Source of the DNA: an uncultured Phycisphaerales bacterium
GTDB lineage: Bacteria > Planctomycetota > Phycisphaerae > Tepidisphaerales > Tepidisphaeraceae
Reading direction: 5' to 3'
Assembly: GCA_963758525.1 (NCBI GenBank)
Contig: CAVWVQ010000003.1
Span: forward strand, 2,240,001 to 2,304,000
Length of the DNA: 64,000 bases
Part shown: one piece after another, positions 11,185 through 22,322 of the stretch
Numbering within the stretch: the stretch's first letter is position 1
How the letters are laid out: each line of letters begins with the position of its first letter
Notes under the pieces: generated by a model
What the model was told of the DNA's origin: nothing
Database searches by the model: none
What the model saw: the letters and a program-made list of their open reading frames with translations, nothing else
Translations under genes and position numbers: made by a program

Positions 11185-12849
11185 CTACTTCGAGCGAAGA
11201 AACAGAATCGACCCATCGGCGCTGGTCTCAATGTCAAACCACCCCAAATTCAGCAGATTGGCCAGTTCCATCTCCAGGAGGCGCGGGCCGATGTCCGGCG
11301 GTGACTGGGGGACGCGATGAGCGAAGGAGAGCAGCATCGACCGGACGGCAACTTCCAGTTGGCCGTCGGTGCGCTGATGAACGAGTTCGATTTCGTTTTT
11401 GGGGCCTGCCAGATTTGCCAGCAGCGCGCGGAGGGCGCAGCGCATTGGCGCGTATTGACGAGGGGGAACCGACTCATTTTCCCACTGCGCGACGACGGCT
11501 TTCATGAGCCATTCAATCCCCTCGGCTGTGGCCGGGGCCAGCAGGCGCGGCGACTCGTGAGAGAGGGGCCGGCTGGTCGGGCCGTGACGGCAAATCGTTG
11601 GGTGGGATTCGAAGAGAGCGGCGCCGCGACTGCCGACGTCGATACGCGACTGGCCGTCACCGGCGCCGAGCCGGCTGATGGCTTGCGAGGCATCGGCGGC
11701 GTTGGTGAGCCGGAGGAACGGTCGCACGGCGGTGGCGGGACGCTTGCTGCTGTCGTCGGCGAAGAGGATCGCCTTGCCGGCGGCGGCGCGGATGCGCGCG
11801 TCGAGCAGACGCGGGATCGAGGCGGACAAGCCGAGCAGATCCAGCGTCTGCTGCGACGGCATCTCGATCTCCATGTCCGTCGAGTAGGCAAAACAGTACT
11901 TGGCCAGTTGATCCGCGAGCTGAATCAGGTGGACCGCCTTGCGGATGGCAATGGGATCGTGCGGCTCAAATGCCTTGTCGGGCTGATGGTGCCAGCGGAT
12001 CGCCTGCGTGAGATCGGCAGGAAGCTTCCAGCGCAACGCCAGCGTGGCGCCCAGGACGGCGTGATCGGCGCCGAAGACGCGGCGTTCGCGATCCAGGCGC
12101 GATTCGGCGGGATCGGGCGTGGCGGCATGCAGCGAGGCGACGCGATCGGGAAACTGCGCGACGATCGCCAGCCGCCCGATGTCGTGCAGAAGGCCGAGCG
12201 TGGCAACGAATCCGCGGTCCACGTCGCCGATGCGCTCGGCAAGGGCGTCGGCAATGTAGGAGACGGCCAGCGAATGGATCCAGAGGTCCTCGGTTTCCAC
12301 CGCGGTCGCGGGATCGCGCGGCGGCATGACCTGTTCGAGACGCAGTTGCACGACGAGCGAGCGAACCACGCCAAAGCCCAGATAGCTGACCGCCTCGGCA
12401 ACGCTCGTCACCTTTCGCGAAAGACCCGATGCCGCTCCATTGACGGTTCGGAGCAGCGACGCGGCAAGCGACGGATCGTTGGCGGCGATATTCGCGACGC
12501 TCGCCGCGGTGGAGTTGGGATTCTGGATTTCACGCAACAGCTCGAGCACCACCATCGGAAGCGGCGGCAGCAAATTGAGTCCCTGACGCACTTCCGGCAG
12601 AACTTCGTCTACCGAATGGTCCAGATCGCCGGTGTGAGGGACCCGGATGTGGTAGCCGCCGGGCGCAACGACGAAGTCGCCTTCGACCTCCCCCGCGGTC
12701 GAGCGAGCGGAACCCTCAGGCGCGGCACTGGGCGCCGAGACGCTGCCACCGCCACCGAACAGACGTTTCAGCAGCGCGGCGAGCCATTGTGAAAAGCCCG
12801 CTGGCTGCGATTCGACGAAGTTTTCGGTGCCGGTCAGTTGTCCTGCCAT
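11185..12849 (-). CDS. HDOD-domain signal transduction protein
   Basis: LPPLP, DPSLAASLLRTVN, LWIHS, GLLHDIG, W.LP....AIRWHH. Confidence 0.88.
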   Translation of the reverse strand: MAGQLTGTENFVESQPAGFSQWLAALLKRLFGGGGSVSAPSAAPEGSARSTAGEVEGDFVVAPGGYHIRVPHTGDLDHSVDEVLPEVRQGLNLLPPLPMVVLELLREIQNPNSTAASVANIAANDPSLAASLLRTVNGAASGLSRKVTSVAEAVSYLGFGVVRSLVVQLRLEQVMPPRDPATAVETEDLWIHSLAVSYIADALAERIGDVDRGFVATLGLLHDIGRLAIVAQFPDRVASLHAATPDPAESRLDRERRVFGADHAVLGATLALRWKLPADLTQAIRWHHQPDKAFEPHDPIAIRKAVHLIQLADQLAKYCFAYSTDMEIEMPSQQTLDLLGLSASIPRLLDARIRAAAGKAILFADDSSKRPATAVRPFLRLTNAADASQAISRLGAGDGQSRIDVGSRGAALFESHPTICRHGPTSRPLSHESPRLLAPATAEGIEWLMKAVVAQWENESVPPRQYAPMRCALRALLANLAGPKNEIELVHQRTDGQLEVAVRSMLLSFAHRVPQSPPDIGPRLLEMELANLLNLGWFDIETSADGSILFLRSK

Positions 12850-13065
12850 GGGTAGTCACCTGTGAGATTCGGCCGCGCGGGACGACTCCTCGCCGCAGTT
12901 CACGGTCCGCTATCACGTTTCTTCGGAAGTTTGTCCCGGTAAGTTTTGCCGAAAATGCGGATGAGGCGGCCGCGCAGACGCATGCCGCACGCTGCGGGTT
13001 AAACGCGGAACCTGCAGCGGCATGGGACGATCGCGTCGATGACTGTTTATTATCGGCGGGTGAGC

Positions 13066-13359
13066 ATGCGGCGAATATTCTGTTATCCTGCGGGAGAGGT
13101 CGGGTATGCTTCGACCTATTTTGTAACACTGGATGGGCGGTCAATGCGTGGTTTTGCATATGAGACTGTGACGGCAGCGTCGGCTGAGCGGAGCCTTGCA
13201 GGTTTTCTGATGACATGGTCGAACGCCTCCGATCCGGAGGTATACGAACAGGCACTTGAGCTTTGGAGCCAGCATCCCGGCGCCTTTGGTGCGCTCGAAT
13301 CGGAGCGGCGCGTGCGACCCGGACTTCCGCCCCACTATCCGCGTCGATCGATTGCCTAG
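13066..13359 (+). CDS. Small hypothetical protein
   Basis: About 97-aa ORF with protein-like composition upstream of thiE; no family recognised. Confidence 0.45.
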   Translation: MRRIFCYPAGEVGYASTYFVTLDGRSMRGFAYETVTAASAERSLAGFLMTWSNASDPEVYEQALELWSQHPGAFGALESERRVRPGLPPHYPRRSIA

Positions 13360-13463
13360 ATTCCCAGAGCCGACGGTGTCAGGGCAACCTTCAAATCCAC
13401 TCTCGCCCCCTCCCTCTTCCACGGAGCCCTCGGCGGGAAGCGGCAACCCCCCCGAGCTGCGCG

Positions 13464-14476
13464 GTGTTGCGGCTGCTGGACGCCAACTGCAATCGTGCGC
13501 GTGAAGCACTCCGTGTGATGGAGGACTACGCGCGGTTTGTGCTTGACGATGGCGCTTTGAGCGGCCGGATCAAAGCCCTGCGCCACGATCTGGCGGCCTC
13601 AACGCGGGATTTGGCGGGTGAGGCGATTCTCTGCCGTGACACGCCCGGCGATGCGGGACGGGCAAATAAGACCGATTCGGAGATGCGGCGAAGCGACATC
13701 GCCGACGTGGTGACAGCCGCCGGCAAGCGGCTTGGCGAAGCATTGCGGGCGATCGAGGAATATCTCAAGGTGCAATCACCCGCACAGGCGGCGCTGGTCG
13801 AATCGATTCGCTATCGCTTTTACGACGTGGAACTGCAGATTGCGATCACGTTCCGCAATCCGGCGCGATTCGACGCCGTCCGACTCTATGTGTTGATCAC
13901 CGAATCGATCTGCGTGCGGCCCTGGCTGCAGACGGCCGAACTCGCGCTGCAGGGCGGCGCGGATTGCCTGCAGCTTCGCGAGAAGAGCCTGGATGACGGC
14001 GAACTGCTCCACCGGGCGCGCCAGCTTGTGAAGCTCTGTCGTCAATACGGTGCGCTGTGCATCATCAACGATCGACCCGACATTGCACTGCTGAGCAGCG
14101 CGGACGGCGTGCATCTGGGGCAAGACGACATCCCGGTTTCCGAGGCGCGGAAAATTCTGGGGCGATGGGCAATGATCGGCGTCAGCACGCACAATCTGGC
14201 ACAAGCGCACCGCGCCAAATCGACGGGGCCAACTATATCGGCGTCGGGCCGTGCTTCGTCAGTGGCACCAAGCCGCGCGGATTTGTCGCGGGCCTCGACT
14301 GGCTGCGCGAGATCGTGGACAACATTCAAATTCCCGCGGTTGCGATTGCGGGGATCACTGAGGCGAATGTCGATGAAGTGAAGAAGGCCGGCATCGGACG
14401 AATCGCTGTCACCGCGGCAGTCGCAGCCGCGGAAGATCCGCTCACCGCCGCGAAAACGCTCAAGGCGATGTTGTAA
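13464..14476 (+). CDS. thiE: Thiamine-phosphate synthase with N-terminal ThiD2-like extension; frameshift at about 14220; start uncertain
   Basis: RLLDANCNRAREALRV, QLREK, INDRPD, DGVHLGQDD, GVSTH; continuation YIGVGP..AIAGI in another frame. Confidence 0.85.
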
Positions 14477-14589
14477 TCAGGAACCCGGGATTCCCGGGCT
14501 CTATATTTGAAGCCGGCATCGCTGACGCCGGACCAGGAACCGCGAGTCGTCGGCTCCGCTGCCGTGATCGCAAAAACTCGGGGAAATGG

Positions 14590-16499
14590 ATGTCCACCGA
14601 AACCGCTGATATTGAACTTGCTGAGCGACCGAGGACCGCGAAGCCGCCGCGCTCATTTCTGGGTCACGCCAAGCTGATCGGCGGATTCACGTTTCTCAGC
14701 CGGATCATGGGCCTGGCGCGCGAAGTCGTGGCCGGGCATTACCTGGGCACCGGCCTGGTTGCGTCCGCGTTCACTGTCGCATTCACGATTCCCAATCTGT
14801 TTCGGAAACTCTTCGGCGAAGGAGCGCTATCGGCGGCGTTCATTCCGCTTTACGCGCAGGAGGTGAAGAGGGAAGAAGAAGGCACGAAGGCACCCGCCGC
14901 GGCGGGTAAACTGCGGCACGAAGGCACGAAGGGTGAGGAAGCCAGAAGCAGGAAGCAAGAAGCAAGAAGTCGGGAGGAGGAAGCCGAATCGGATAGCCTG
15001 CCACGTCAATCAGCCTCTTATCACGTTCCAATCACCAATCACCAGCCTCGCCAGTCGGCGAGCGACTTCGCCGCCGCGAGCGTCAACCTTCTCTGCGTGG
15101 TGCTGGTCGTCCTCACGCTTCTTGGCGAGGCGATCCTCTTCTTCTGCATGTGGCGCGACCCGGGGATGCGGCCGGATCGGCTGCTGATGTTCCGGCTCAC
15201 CGCGATCATGCTGCCTTATGTCGTGCTCATCTGCGGAACCGCATTCCTCGGAGCGATCCTGCAGGTGCACCATCGTTTTGCCGCACCGGCGGCAGCGCCG
15301 ATTCTGCTGAATGTCTGCCATATCCTCGTCGTCTTCATCGGTGCGCGGCTGCTGCATCTGCGGCACGGCACCGATCCGGCGCTGGTCGTCGGGCTCCAGA
15401 CAAAACTCGCCTATTGGCTTTCATGTTTCGTGCTGATCGCGGGCCTCCTGCAGTTCAGCATCCTGCTGCCGGGGCTGCGCGCCGTTGGATTCCGCTTCAA
15501 GCCGGTGCTGCATTTTTGGACCCCGGCGATTCGCAAGATGCTGCGGATGAGCGCGCCGGTGGCGATGGGGGCCGGCGTGCTGCAGCTTTCGGTTCTGCTG
15601 GATAAGGGCATTTCCGTCGTCCTCATGCGTGGCGTCGATTCGGCGGGCCATTCGATCGACTCCTTCACGCTGCTCGGCCATGTCGTCCGCTATCCCATGG
15701 AGATGGGCGCGCCGGCGCGGCTCAACCTCGCCCAATTTCTCTACCAGTTTCCGCTCGGCGTCTTCGCGATCGCCCTGGCGACCGCGATTTTTCCGGGGCT
15801 CAGCGCAGATGCACTGGACAAGGACCGCACGCGCTTCAAAGCGGTGATCCGCCAGGGTGTCGAGGCGACGCTTTGGGAGGGAATCCCCGCGAGCGTCGGC
15901 CTGATTCTCGTTCGCGGGCCCGCCGTTCGACTGCTGTTCCAACATGGTCTGGTCAGCGCGCACGATGCGGCGCTGATCGCGCAATCCGTGCTGTATTACT
16001 CGGCGCAATCTGGGCGTTCAGCCTGCTGCAGATTCTCAATCGCGCGTACTACGCAATGCACGACACGCTCACGCCGCTACTGATGTCGGTGTTGAACATC
16101 GTGCTGAACCTGATTGTCGAGCTGCCGATCATCTGGTGGCTCGGAGAAGCCGGGATGGCGGTGGGGACGCTGGTGAGCTTCGCGATTCAAGCCGTGCTCA
16201 CGCTCTATCTGCTGGATCGACGCGTCGGAGGTTTGGGACTCGGGAGGATCGCCAGGCCAGTGGCAAAGATGTGCGCGGCAACCGCGTTGATGTGGCTCGT
16301 CTGCGTCGGGATGCAGCGTCTGCCGATCTATCCGCATGCCAACGGGCGACTCATCTGGCTCACGCAACTCTGTGCCCTGATGATCGTCGGCGGCGGTGTC
16401 TATCTCCTCACCTGCAAATTGCTCGGAGTTGAGACCATGCAGCAACTGTTGCCCCATGGAGCGGACAGAAACCAATCGCGTCCGGCAGAACTCGATTGA
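14590..16499 (+). CDS. murJ: Lipid II flippase MurJ/MviN, frameshift at about 16000, with an in-frame repeat insertion
   Basis: SRIMGLARE, AFTIPNLFRKLFGEGALSAAFIP, YQFPLGVFAIALATAIFP, RAYYAMHDTLTP. Confidence 0.9.
14881..14933 (+). repeat. 53-bp repeat (GGCACGAA octamers around palindrome CCCGCCGCGGCGGG) inside murJ
   Basis: 52/53 identical to the reverse complement of 21271-21323. Confidence 0.9.
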
Positions 16500-16809
16500 A
16501 AATTTGCAGTCGTCAGATGCACGCCGACAGGATTTTCCACTCAACCAGCCGCGACTGAATTCGGTCCATTGCCGCGGCACATTGCCGCCGGAGCACGACA
16601 TCATCGCAGCGGATGATTCCATTGATGCGTCGGCGCGGCTATGGATGCCCGCGCCTGGAAACTCCGGGATGATCTCGCGCTGGTTTCAGAAGAATGAAGG
16701 GCGAAGCCGTTGGCACCAGTTTTGAATGCGCTTGCGCCTGCAGCCCGCGTGTTACCGTCGCTTTCGAACGGCGGTTCGTGGGATGCTCCATTTTCTCAAG
16801 GAGATTGCA

Positions 16810-17049
16810 ATGCGAAGCATCATGGATCCAAGCCATAAGGAAGGCCCGGTCGCCCGGACAATCGAGCAGCAGACTGCCAAGCTCCCATCGGATCTTTTCC
16901 TCTGGCTCGCCGGCGCATCGATCGCCGGATCGCTGACTCTCAAGCTTTTTCGCCAGGATCACCACGCGCTTTTCGTCGGCCAATGGGCACCGACGTTCCT
17001 CCTGCTTGGCCTGTACAACAAGCTGGTGAAAATCGCAGGCTCTGACTAA
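16810..17049 (+). CDS. Small membrane protein
   Basis: RBS AGGAG; EG.VARTIEQQTAKLPSDLFLW...FVGQWAPTFLLLGLYNKLVK resembles a recurring small bacterial protein. Confidence 0.7.
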   Translation: MRSIMDPSHKEGPVARTIEQQTAKLPSDLFLWLAGASIAGSLTLKLFRQDHHALFVGQWAPTFLLLGLYNKLVKIAGSD

Positions 17050-17266
17050 AGGCGGGGCGCGGCTCGTCCACTTTTTCATCGATCAAAAACGAGACGCGAG
17101 GCACACGAGCTCGGCGTTGCTGTATCTTGCTTGACACCGTCGACCGAATCAGGAATTGCCGGCCCCCCGTACCGTGGCACCCACGTTGCCTTACGACCGC
17201 TCCAGCCGCTAAGGCGACGAGGTGTCTCGGTGCAAAACGCGGCGAAGCTATTTTTTTGGAGGTGTC

Positions 17267-17851
17267 ATGCGTAAGCATTCTCACAAGATCGGCCGTTCAA
17301 TTGGCGCAGTTGCGCTCGCTGCCGGCAGTCTTATTTTTCTCGACATTCCCATCAGCCGGGGCAACGCTCCACGGGCAGCGGGGACAGGCAGTTCCCATAT
17401 GAGCATCGCTGCTCAGGTGAGCGGGTCAGGAACCGGGGGCGGCAGCAGCGGAAGTTCCGGCGGCGGGACGTCCGGGTCAGGCGCGGCAGGCTCAGGCGGC
17501 TCCGGAACGTCCGGCTCCGGAACGTCCGGGTCGGACAACGGTGCTGGCAGCAGCGGCAGCACGGGCTCCGGCAGCGGCACCGGTAACACCGGTTCAAACT
17601 CGGGCAATGGCGGCTCCGGAAGCGGCGGCGCCTCGAGTGGCAACGGTGGCACTGGCAGCGGGACCGGCGGCGCCGGCGGGAGCAGCTCCGGCAACAGCGG
17701 CACCGGCACTGGAGGATCGAGCGGCGGCGGCAGTGGGAGCGGAGCTACCGGATCAGGCGGAGCCGGAACGGGCGGAAGCGGTTCTGGAACCGGCGGCACC
17801 GGCGGCGCCACTGGTGGCGGCAGCGGAGCGGGAGGTGGAGCCGGCAAGTAA
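17267..17851 (+). CDS. Gly/Ser-rich low-complexity secreted protein
   Basis: GGAGG RBS, signal-like N-terminus, about 145 aa of G/S/T/N. Confidence 0.6.
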   Translation: MRKHSHKIGRSIGAVALAAGSLIFLDIPISRGNAPRAAGTGSSHMSIAAQVSGSGTGGGSSGSSGGGTSGSGAAGSGGSGTSGSGTSGSDNGAGSSGSTGSGSGTGNTGSNSGNGGSGSGGASSGNGGTGSGTGGAGGSSSGNSGTGTGGSSGGGSGSGATGSGGAGTGGSGSGTGGTGGATGGGSGAGGGAGK

Positions 17852-17959
17852 TTCTGCCGACGACTCGCGTCAACAACGTCGTGGTGAGCTGCAACAAAAG
17901 GGGGCTCACCACTGCTTCGCCCCCTGCCACCCCTTCCCTTCCCCGGTTACCATCGGCTG

Positions 17960-19729
17960 ATGGTGCGTGCGAGGGTGCGGATGGGCGCGCTGCTGCTGGC
18001 GGCGCTGGGATTGTATCTGGTGGGAAATGCGTCGGTTCCCCTGATGGATCGCGATGAGCCGCGCTATGCGCAATGCTCGAGGCAGATGCTGCAGAGCGGC
18101 GACTGGGTGGTGCCGCGGCTGTTCGACGAAATCCGCGCAAAGAAGCCGCCGTTGATCTACTGGTGCCAGGCGTCCGTGATGTGGGCCATCGGAGACACGG
18201 CCTTTGCAGCGCGGCTGCCGTCGGTTCTCGCGATCTTCGCGTGCGCATGCCTGCTGGCGCACTTTGTGTGGCAACTGCGCGGGCCGGAACATGCGCTGTG
18301 GACAACGCTGATCTTTTGCTCCACTGCGCTGGTGATCGTCGCGGCCAAGTCTTCGATGACGGACGGAGTGCTGCTGCTCTGGACCGTCATCGGCCAGGCG
18401 TGTGTTTATGCCATTTGGCGGGGAAACCGCTCATGGATCGTCGTGCTGATCCTGGCAGTTGCGATCGCGCTCGGGCTGCTGACCAAGGGGCTGATCGTCG
18501 GAGTCTTGCTGACGACGATACTCGTGCTCTATGGCTTCGGAAGCAGCTTCAAAGCTTACGTCTGGCTTCGCCACCTGTTTAGCCGCGACGCGCAGCGGAC
18601 CGCGTCCAGCAGCGTATTTTGCGATTCAGGCGAGGTACGTCAGGAGGCGTCACTGGACGCGCTCCGCTCCGCGTCGCGGCTGAACAGCGACACGGCGCCG
18701 CCCGGCTGGCAGAACCGCCTCACCCCAACACAGATCGCTCAAGTCATCGTCGGTCTCCTAATCGTCATAGGCATCGTCGGCCCGTGGCTCTATATGGTGC
18801 ATCAGCGATCTCCTGAATTCTTAGGAGCAATGGCACATGAAGCCGAAGGGCATGCGTTCAAGGGGATGGAAGGGCACGGGGGGCCGCCGGGGATGCACGC
18901 GCTGTTCATCTGGGCGGACTTCCTGCCGTGGAGCTTGCTGCTGCCCGCGGCGATGGTCGTCGGCTGGCTGCATCGCGAGGAACCAACGACTCGATTCGCG
19001 CTGGCTGCCGTGATCGGACCATGGCTCATGGCGGAATTGACGATCAAAACAAAATTGCCGCAATACATGCTGCCGACAATGCCCGCCCTGGCGTTCCTGA
19101 CCGCTGACGCGATCGTTCGCGGTCTGCGCGAAAGGGCTTCGGCTTTTTCGTCGCCGCAGTTCGTCGGCGCGGCAACCATCTGGGCGGGGATCATGATGGT
19201 GATCGGGTGCCTGCCGTGGCTGGCGGCACTGCGTTTCCGTCCGCTGCCGTGGATGACGATGTCGATCATTTCCGCCGGCGCAGTGGGTTGGGGCGTTTGC
19301 GTGGTCGCGCTGCTGCGGCGCGGGGAGGAAGCCAAAGGTTTAGGCGCCATCGGAGTGGGGATGATCTGCGTGACGGGGCTTCTGTATGGCATCTACCTGC
19401 CGCGAGCGCAGTTCCTGCGGCTGTCGATCCTCGCTGCGGACGTGCTGCGTGCGAACGGCGTCACTCATCCGGGACAATCTCTGATGACCGATTACAAGGA
19501 GCCGAGCCTCGCCTTTTATCAGGGAGGAACGATTCGCGAAGCCCTCAGCCCGGTGATCGTCCGCGGCGAATACGATCGATGGAAGCCGTGGATGGTGATG
19601 ACCCGCGATGTTTGGAATCGCTCGCCGGACGCGGTGCGCGCTCGTTTGGAAGTCGTCGCGCACTTTCACGGGTTGGCGGTTGCGGACGCCATGCGCGACG
19701 TGGATGTCATGGTGGTCCGGACACGATGA
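17960..19729 (+). CDS. ArnT/PMT-family (GT39/GT83-like) glycosyltransferase
   Basis: DRDEPRYAQ..RQM..SGDW.VP, KPPL.YW, ARLPS, LTKG, KLPQY.LP..PALA. Confidence 0.88.
   Translation: MVRARVRMGALLLAALGLYLVGNASVPLMDRDEPRYAQCSRQMLQSGDWVVPRLFDEIRAKKPPLIYWCQASVMWAIGDTAFAARLPSVLAIFACACLLAHFVWQLRGPEHALWTTLIFCSTALVIVAAKSSMTDGVLLLWTVIGQACVYAIWRGNRSWIVVLILAVAIALGLLTKGLIVGVLLTTILVLYGFGSSFKAYVWLRHLFSRDAQRTASSSVFCDSGEVRQEASLDALRSASRLNSDTAPPGWQNRLTPTQIAQVIVGLLIVIGIVGPWLYMVHQRSPEFLGAMAHEAEGHAFKGMEGHGGPPGMHALFIWADFLPWSLLLPAAMVVGWLHREEPTTRFALAAVIGPWLMAELTIKTKLPQYMLPTMPALAFLTADAIVRGLRERASAFSSPQFVGAATIWAGIMMVIGCLPWLAALRFRPLPWMTMSIISAGAVGWGVCVVALLRRGEEAKGLGAIGVGMICVTGLLYGIYLPRAQFLRLSILAADVLRANGVTHPGQSLMTDYKEPSLAFYQGGTIREALSPVIVRGEYDRWKPWMVMTRDVWNRSPDAVRARLEVVAHFHGLAVADAMRDVDVMVVRTR
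18575..18687. repeat. Palindromic element inserted within the ArnT-like CDS
   Basis: 35-bp arms (32/35 complementary), same family as 19778-19882. Confidence 0.85.
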
Positions 19730-19777
19730 TCTGATTGACAGCGATTGAGATGAGCTGCGGTGAAGACTTGCTCCCGA

Positions 19778-19882
19778 GGTTAGCCGCGACGCGCAGCGGA
19801 GCGCGTATTTTGGGAGTTGCCACTGGGCGACATAGCGTGCTTCTCGCTCGAATACGCGCTCCGCTGCGCGTCGCGGCTAACC
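19778..19882. repeat. Intergenic palindromic element
   Basis: Perfect 32-bp inverted arms ggttagccgcgacgcgcagcggagcgcgtatt. Confidence 0.9.
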
Positions 19883-19968
19883 CGGGGGAGGATGGGCGGT
19901 AATCCTTTAATCACAGCTGATCGCGTCTCCCGTCGAATCCCGTTCCGCGAATGCTATACTCGCATCCA

Positions 19969-21062
19969 ATGCAGACGGCTCAGCGTATTCTCGTGGTGCA
20001 GCCGAGCTGGGTCGGGGATGCCGTCATGGCAACCCCGACGTTGCGGGCGTTGCGCGGCGCGTTCCCGTCCGCGCATATCAGCTACCTGCTTCGCCGATAC
20101 GTCAAACCGCTCTATGCGGGAATGCCGTGGGCCGATCAGTTGATTACCTATCGAACGGGAAAGGGGCCGTCGAAAACGGGAAAAGGCCTCTTCGAAATTG
20201 CCGGCCGGCTGCGGGCGGGTAATTTTGATCTGGCGGTGCTCCTGCCCAATTCCTTCAAGACGGCGCTGCTCTGCAAGATGGCGATGATCCCGCGCGTGGT
20301 CGGCTACGACCGCGATGGACGGGGATTTTTGCTGACGGACAAGTTGCTGGCCGTCAAGGAAAAGGGGAGGTTCGTCCCGATGCCGCTGGTGAAGACGTAT
20401 CTTGGACTCGCCCACTACGTGGCGCAGCCGATCGCGATTTGCGCATGGAGTTGTTTGTCACAGAGAGTGAAGCGCGCAACGCGCGCGAAGTGCTGACGCG
20501 TTGCGGATTGCCCCCGGATCTGGAGCGGCCGGCGGCCGCGGGCGCGCCGCCGCTGGTTCTGCTGAACCCCGGCGCCCACTACGGCGCGGCCAAGTGCTGG
20601 CGGCCGGAATATTTCGCCGAGCTGGCAGATCGTCTGATCGATGAGATGCGGGCCACGGTGTTGATCAGCGCCGCGCCCAAAGAGCGACCCATCGTGGATG
20701 CGATCAAGCAGTACATGCGGCGCACTCCAATCGACCTGTCGCAACATGGCATGACGCTTGGGAGCCTCAAGGAGATCGTCCGACGGTGCGATTTGATGAT
20801 CACCAATGACACCGGCCCCAGGCACATTGCCGCGGCGCTGAATGTACCGGTCATCACGCTCTTTGGGCCGACGCATCCGGAGTGGACGGAGATTTATTAC
20901 GCACGGGAACGGCAATTGGCCGTCAAGGTATTCTGCGGCCCGTGCCAGAAAAAAGTCTGTCCGCTCGATCACCGATGCATGAAGCTGCTGACCCCGGCCA
21001 TGGTTTTCGACGCCGCCGGCCCGCTGCTAAACACCATACGTTCTTTGCCGATCATTACTTAG
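19969..21062 (+). CDS. waaF: Lipopolysaccharide heptosyltransferase II (GT9), frameshift at about 20420
   Basis: PSWVGDAVMATP, LPNSFKTA, NPGAHYGAAKCW, TNDTGPRHIAAA, LFGPT. Confidence 0.85.
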
Positions 21063-21155
21063 CTCGCGCCTCAACCTCGTCTCGATCGTCGCTTCTATCC
21101 AAATCCTCGCACAACCTTCATCGGTTCTAAATGTTACGCCCGATGATTCCCCCGG

Positions 21156-22244
21156 ATGCGAATTCGCTCGACGGCTGCGCGTCTCGAATCTTCTTCCCTC
21201 CATGTCCCAGAAAGGTCCCGGCGCGTCGGGATGCCTTCGGGCGGTGGCGCCTTGGCTCCGGACTCTCCTTCCCTTCGTGCCTCCGTGCCGCAGTTTACCC
21301 GCCGCGGCGGGTGCCTTCGTGCCTCTCCCCACAACGCTTTCACCCTTGTCGAGCTTTTGGTTGTCATTGGTATTATCGCCCTGCTCATTGCAATTTTGTT
21401 GCCAGTGCTTGCCAAGGCGCGCGAAGCGGCCCGCGAGACCAGGTGTCAAAGCAATCTTCGGCAGCTTGGGATAGGTTTGCAGATGTACTGCGATGCGAAC
21501 AAAGGACTCATTCCGGCTGACAGCAACAGCGGCAGCAAGTCGAACCCCGTGGACGCCATCAACGGCCTTTATCTCAGTTGGAGCGGCCCAGAGATGTGGT
21601 TCAACGCGATTCCGCCGATGATCAACCTTCCCGCCTATTACGACTTGATCAGCGCTGCGCCACCCACAGGAGGAGCTCCGGTCCCGACGATTTCTGACAA
21701 TTCGGTCTTTATCTGCCCATCCTGCAATACACTGGCGATCGCCACCGGAGAGACAGCCAATGTCACCGTGAACAATAACAGCTATTTCCTGATTTTTGGC
21801 GATCCGCCCGCCAATCGCGGCAACTATGTGAAGGCGTCGACCGTGCAGCTTCCCACTTGCATGTGTTACGTCCCCAATTCCAAGATCCTGAGCGGCAAGA
21901 ATCCTCGGCCGAAGCTGAGCCAGATGATTCCGTCATCCAACGTGGCAGTGTTTGTTGAGAAGAGAATGTCGCCCGGCGAAATCAACCAGACGGATCTGCA
22001 GTATACGGCTCTCACCACCCCCGCCGCGACGTCGGTGCAGAGCACGGCATTGGGTCAGCTTTCCGCATCATGGACGCGATTCACCAGCCGCCACCGCAAC
22101 GGCGGATACATCTGCTTCGCGGACGGTCACGTCGGCTGGTATACGCTGGACCAGGTGAATTTCCCGCCCAACATCGTCGCCGGCATTGACGACTACAACG
22201 ATCCGGCGAATGTGATCTGGAATCCGTTCGGAACAGCGCCGTAG
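21156..22244 (+). CDS. DUF1559-type prepilin-like protein with H-X9-DG motif (start may be 21231)
   Basis: [45 protein letters not shown]. Confidence 0.9.
   Translation: MRIRSTAARLESSSLHVPERSRRVGMPSGGGALAPDSPSLRASVPQFTRRGGCLRASPHNAFTLVELLVVIGIIALLIAILLPVLAKAREAARETRCQSNLRQLGIGLQMYCDANKGLIPADSNSGSKSNPVDAINGLYLSWSGPEMWFNAIPPMINLPAYYDLISAAPPTGGAPVPTISDNSVFICPSCNTLAIATGETANVTVNNNSYFLIFGDPPANRGNYVKASTVQLPTCMCYVPNSKILSGKNPRPKLSQMIPSSNVAVFVEKRMSPGEINQTDLQYTALTTPAATSVQSTALGQLSASWTRFTSRHRNGGYICFADGHVGWYTLDQVNFPPNIVAGIDDYNDPANVIWNPFGTAP
21271..21323 (-). repeat. 53-bp repeat copy inside the prepilin leader
   Basis: Reverse complement of the murJ insert 14881-14933, one mismatch. Confidence 0.9.
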
Positions 22245-22322
22245 CGCGGCAGGTTGTCGCCCCGCCTGGTGGTGACGGCACGCCAAATCAAGGCCCTGTT
22301 GAATGGCGAGTTGAGCCATGCA

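Noticed and set aside
12850..13460. Riboswitch (TPP before thiE, or c-di-GMP before the HDOD gene)
   Set aside because: Could not identify the conserved core motifs; the region is better explained by a small ORF and divergent promoters
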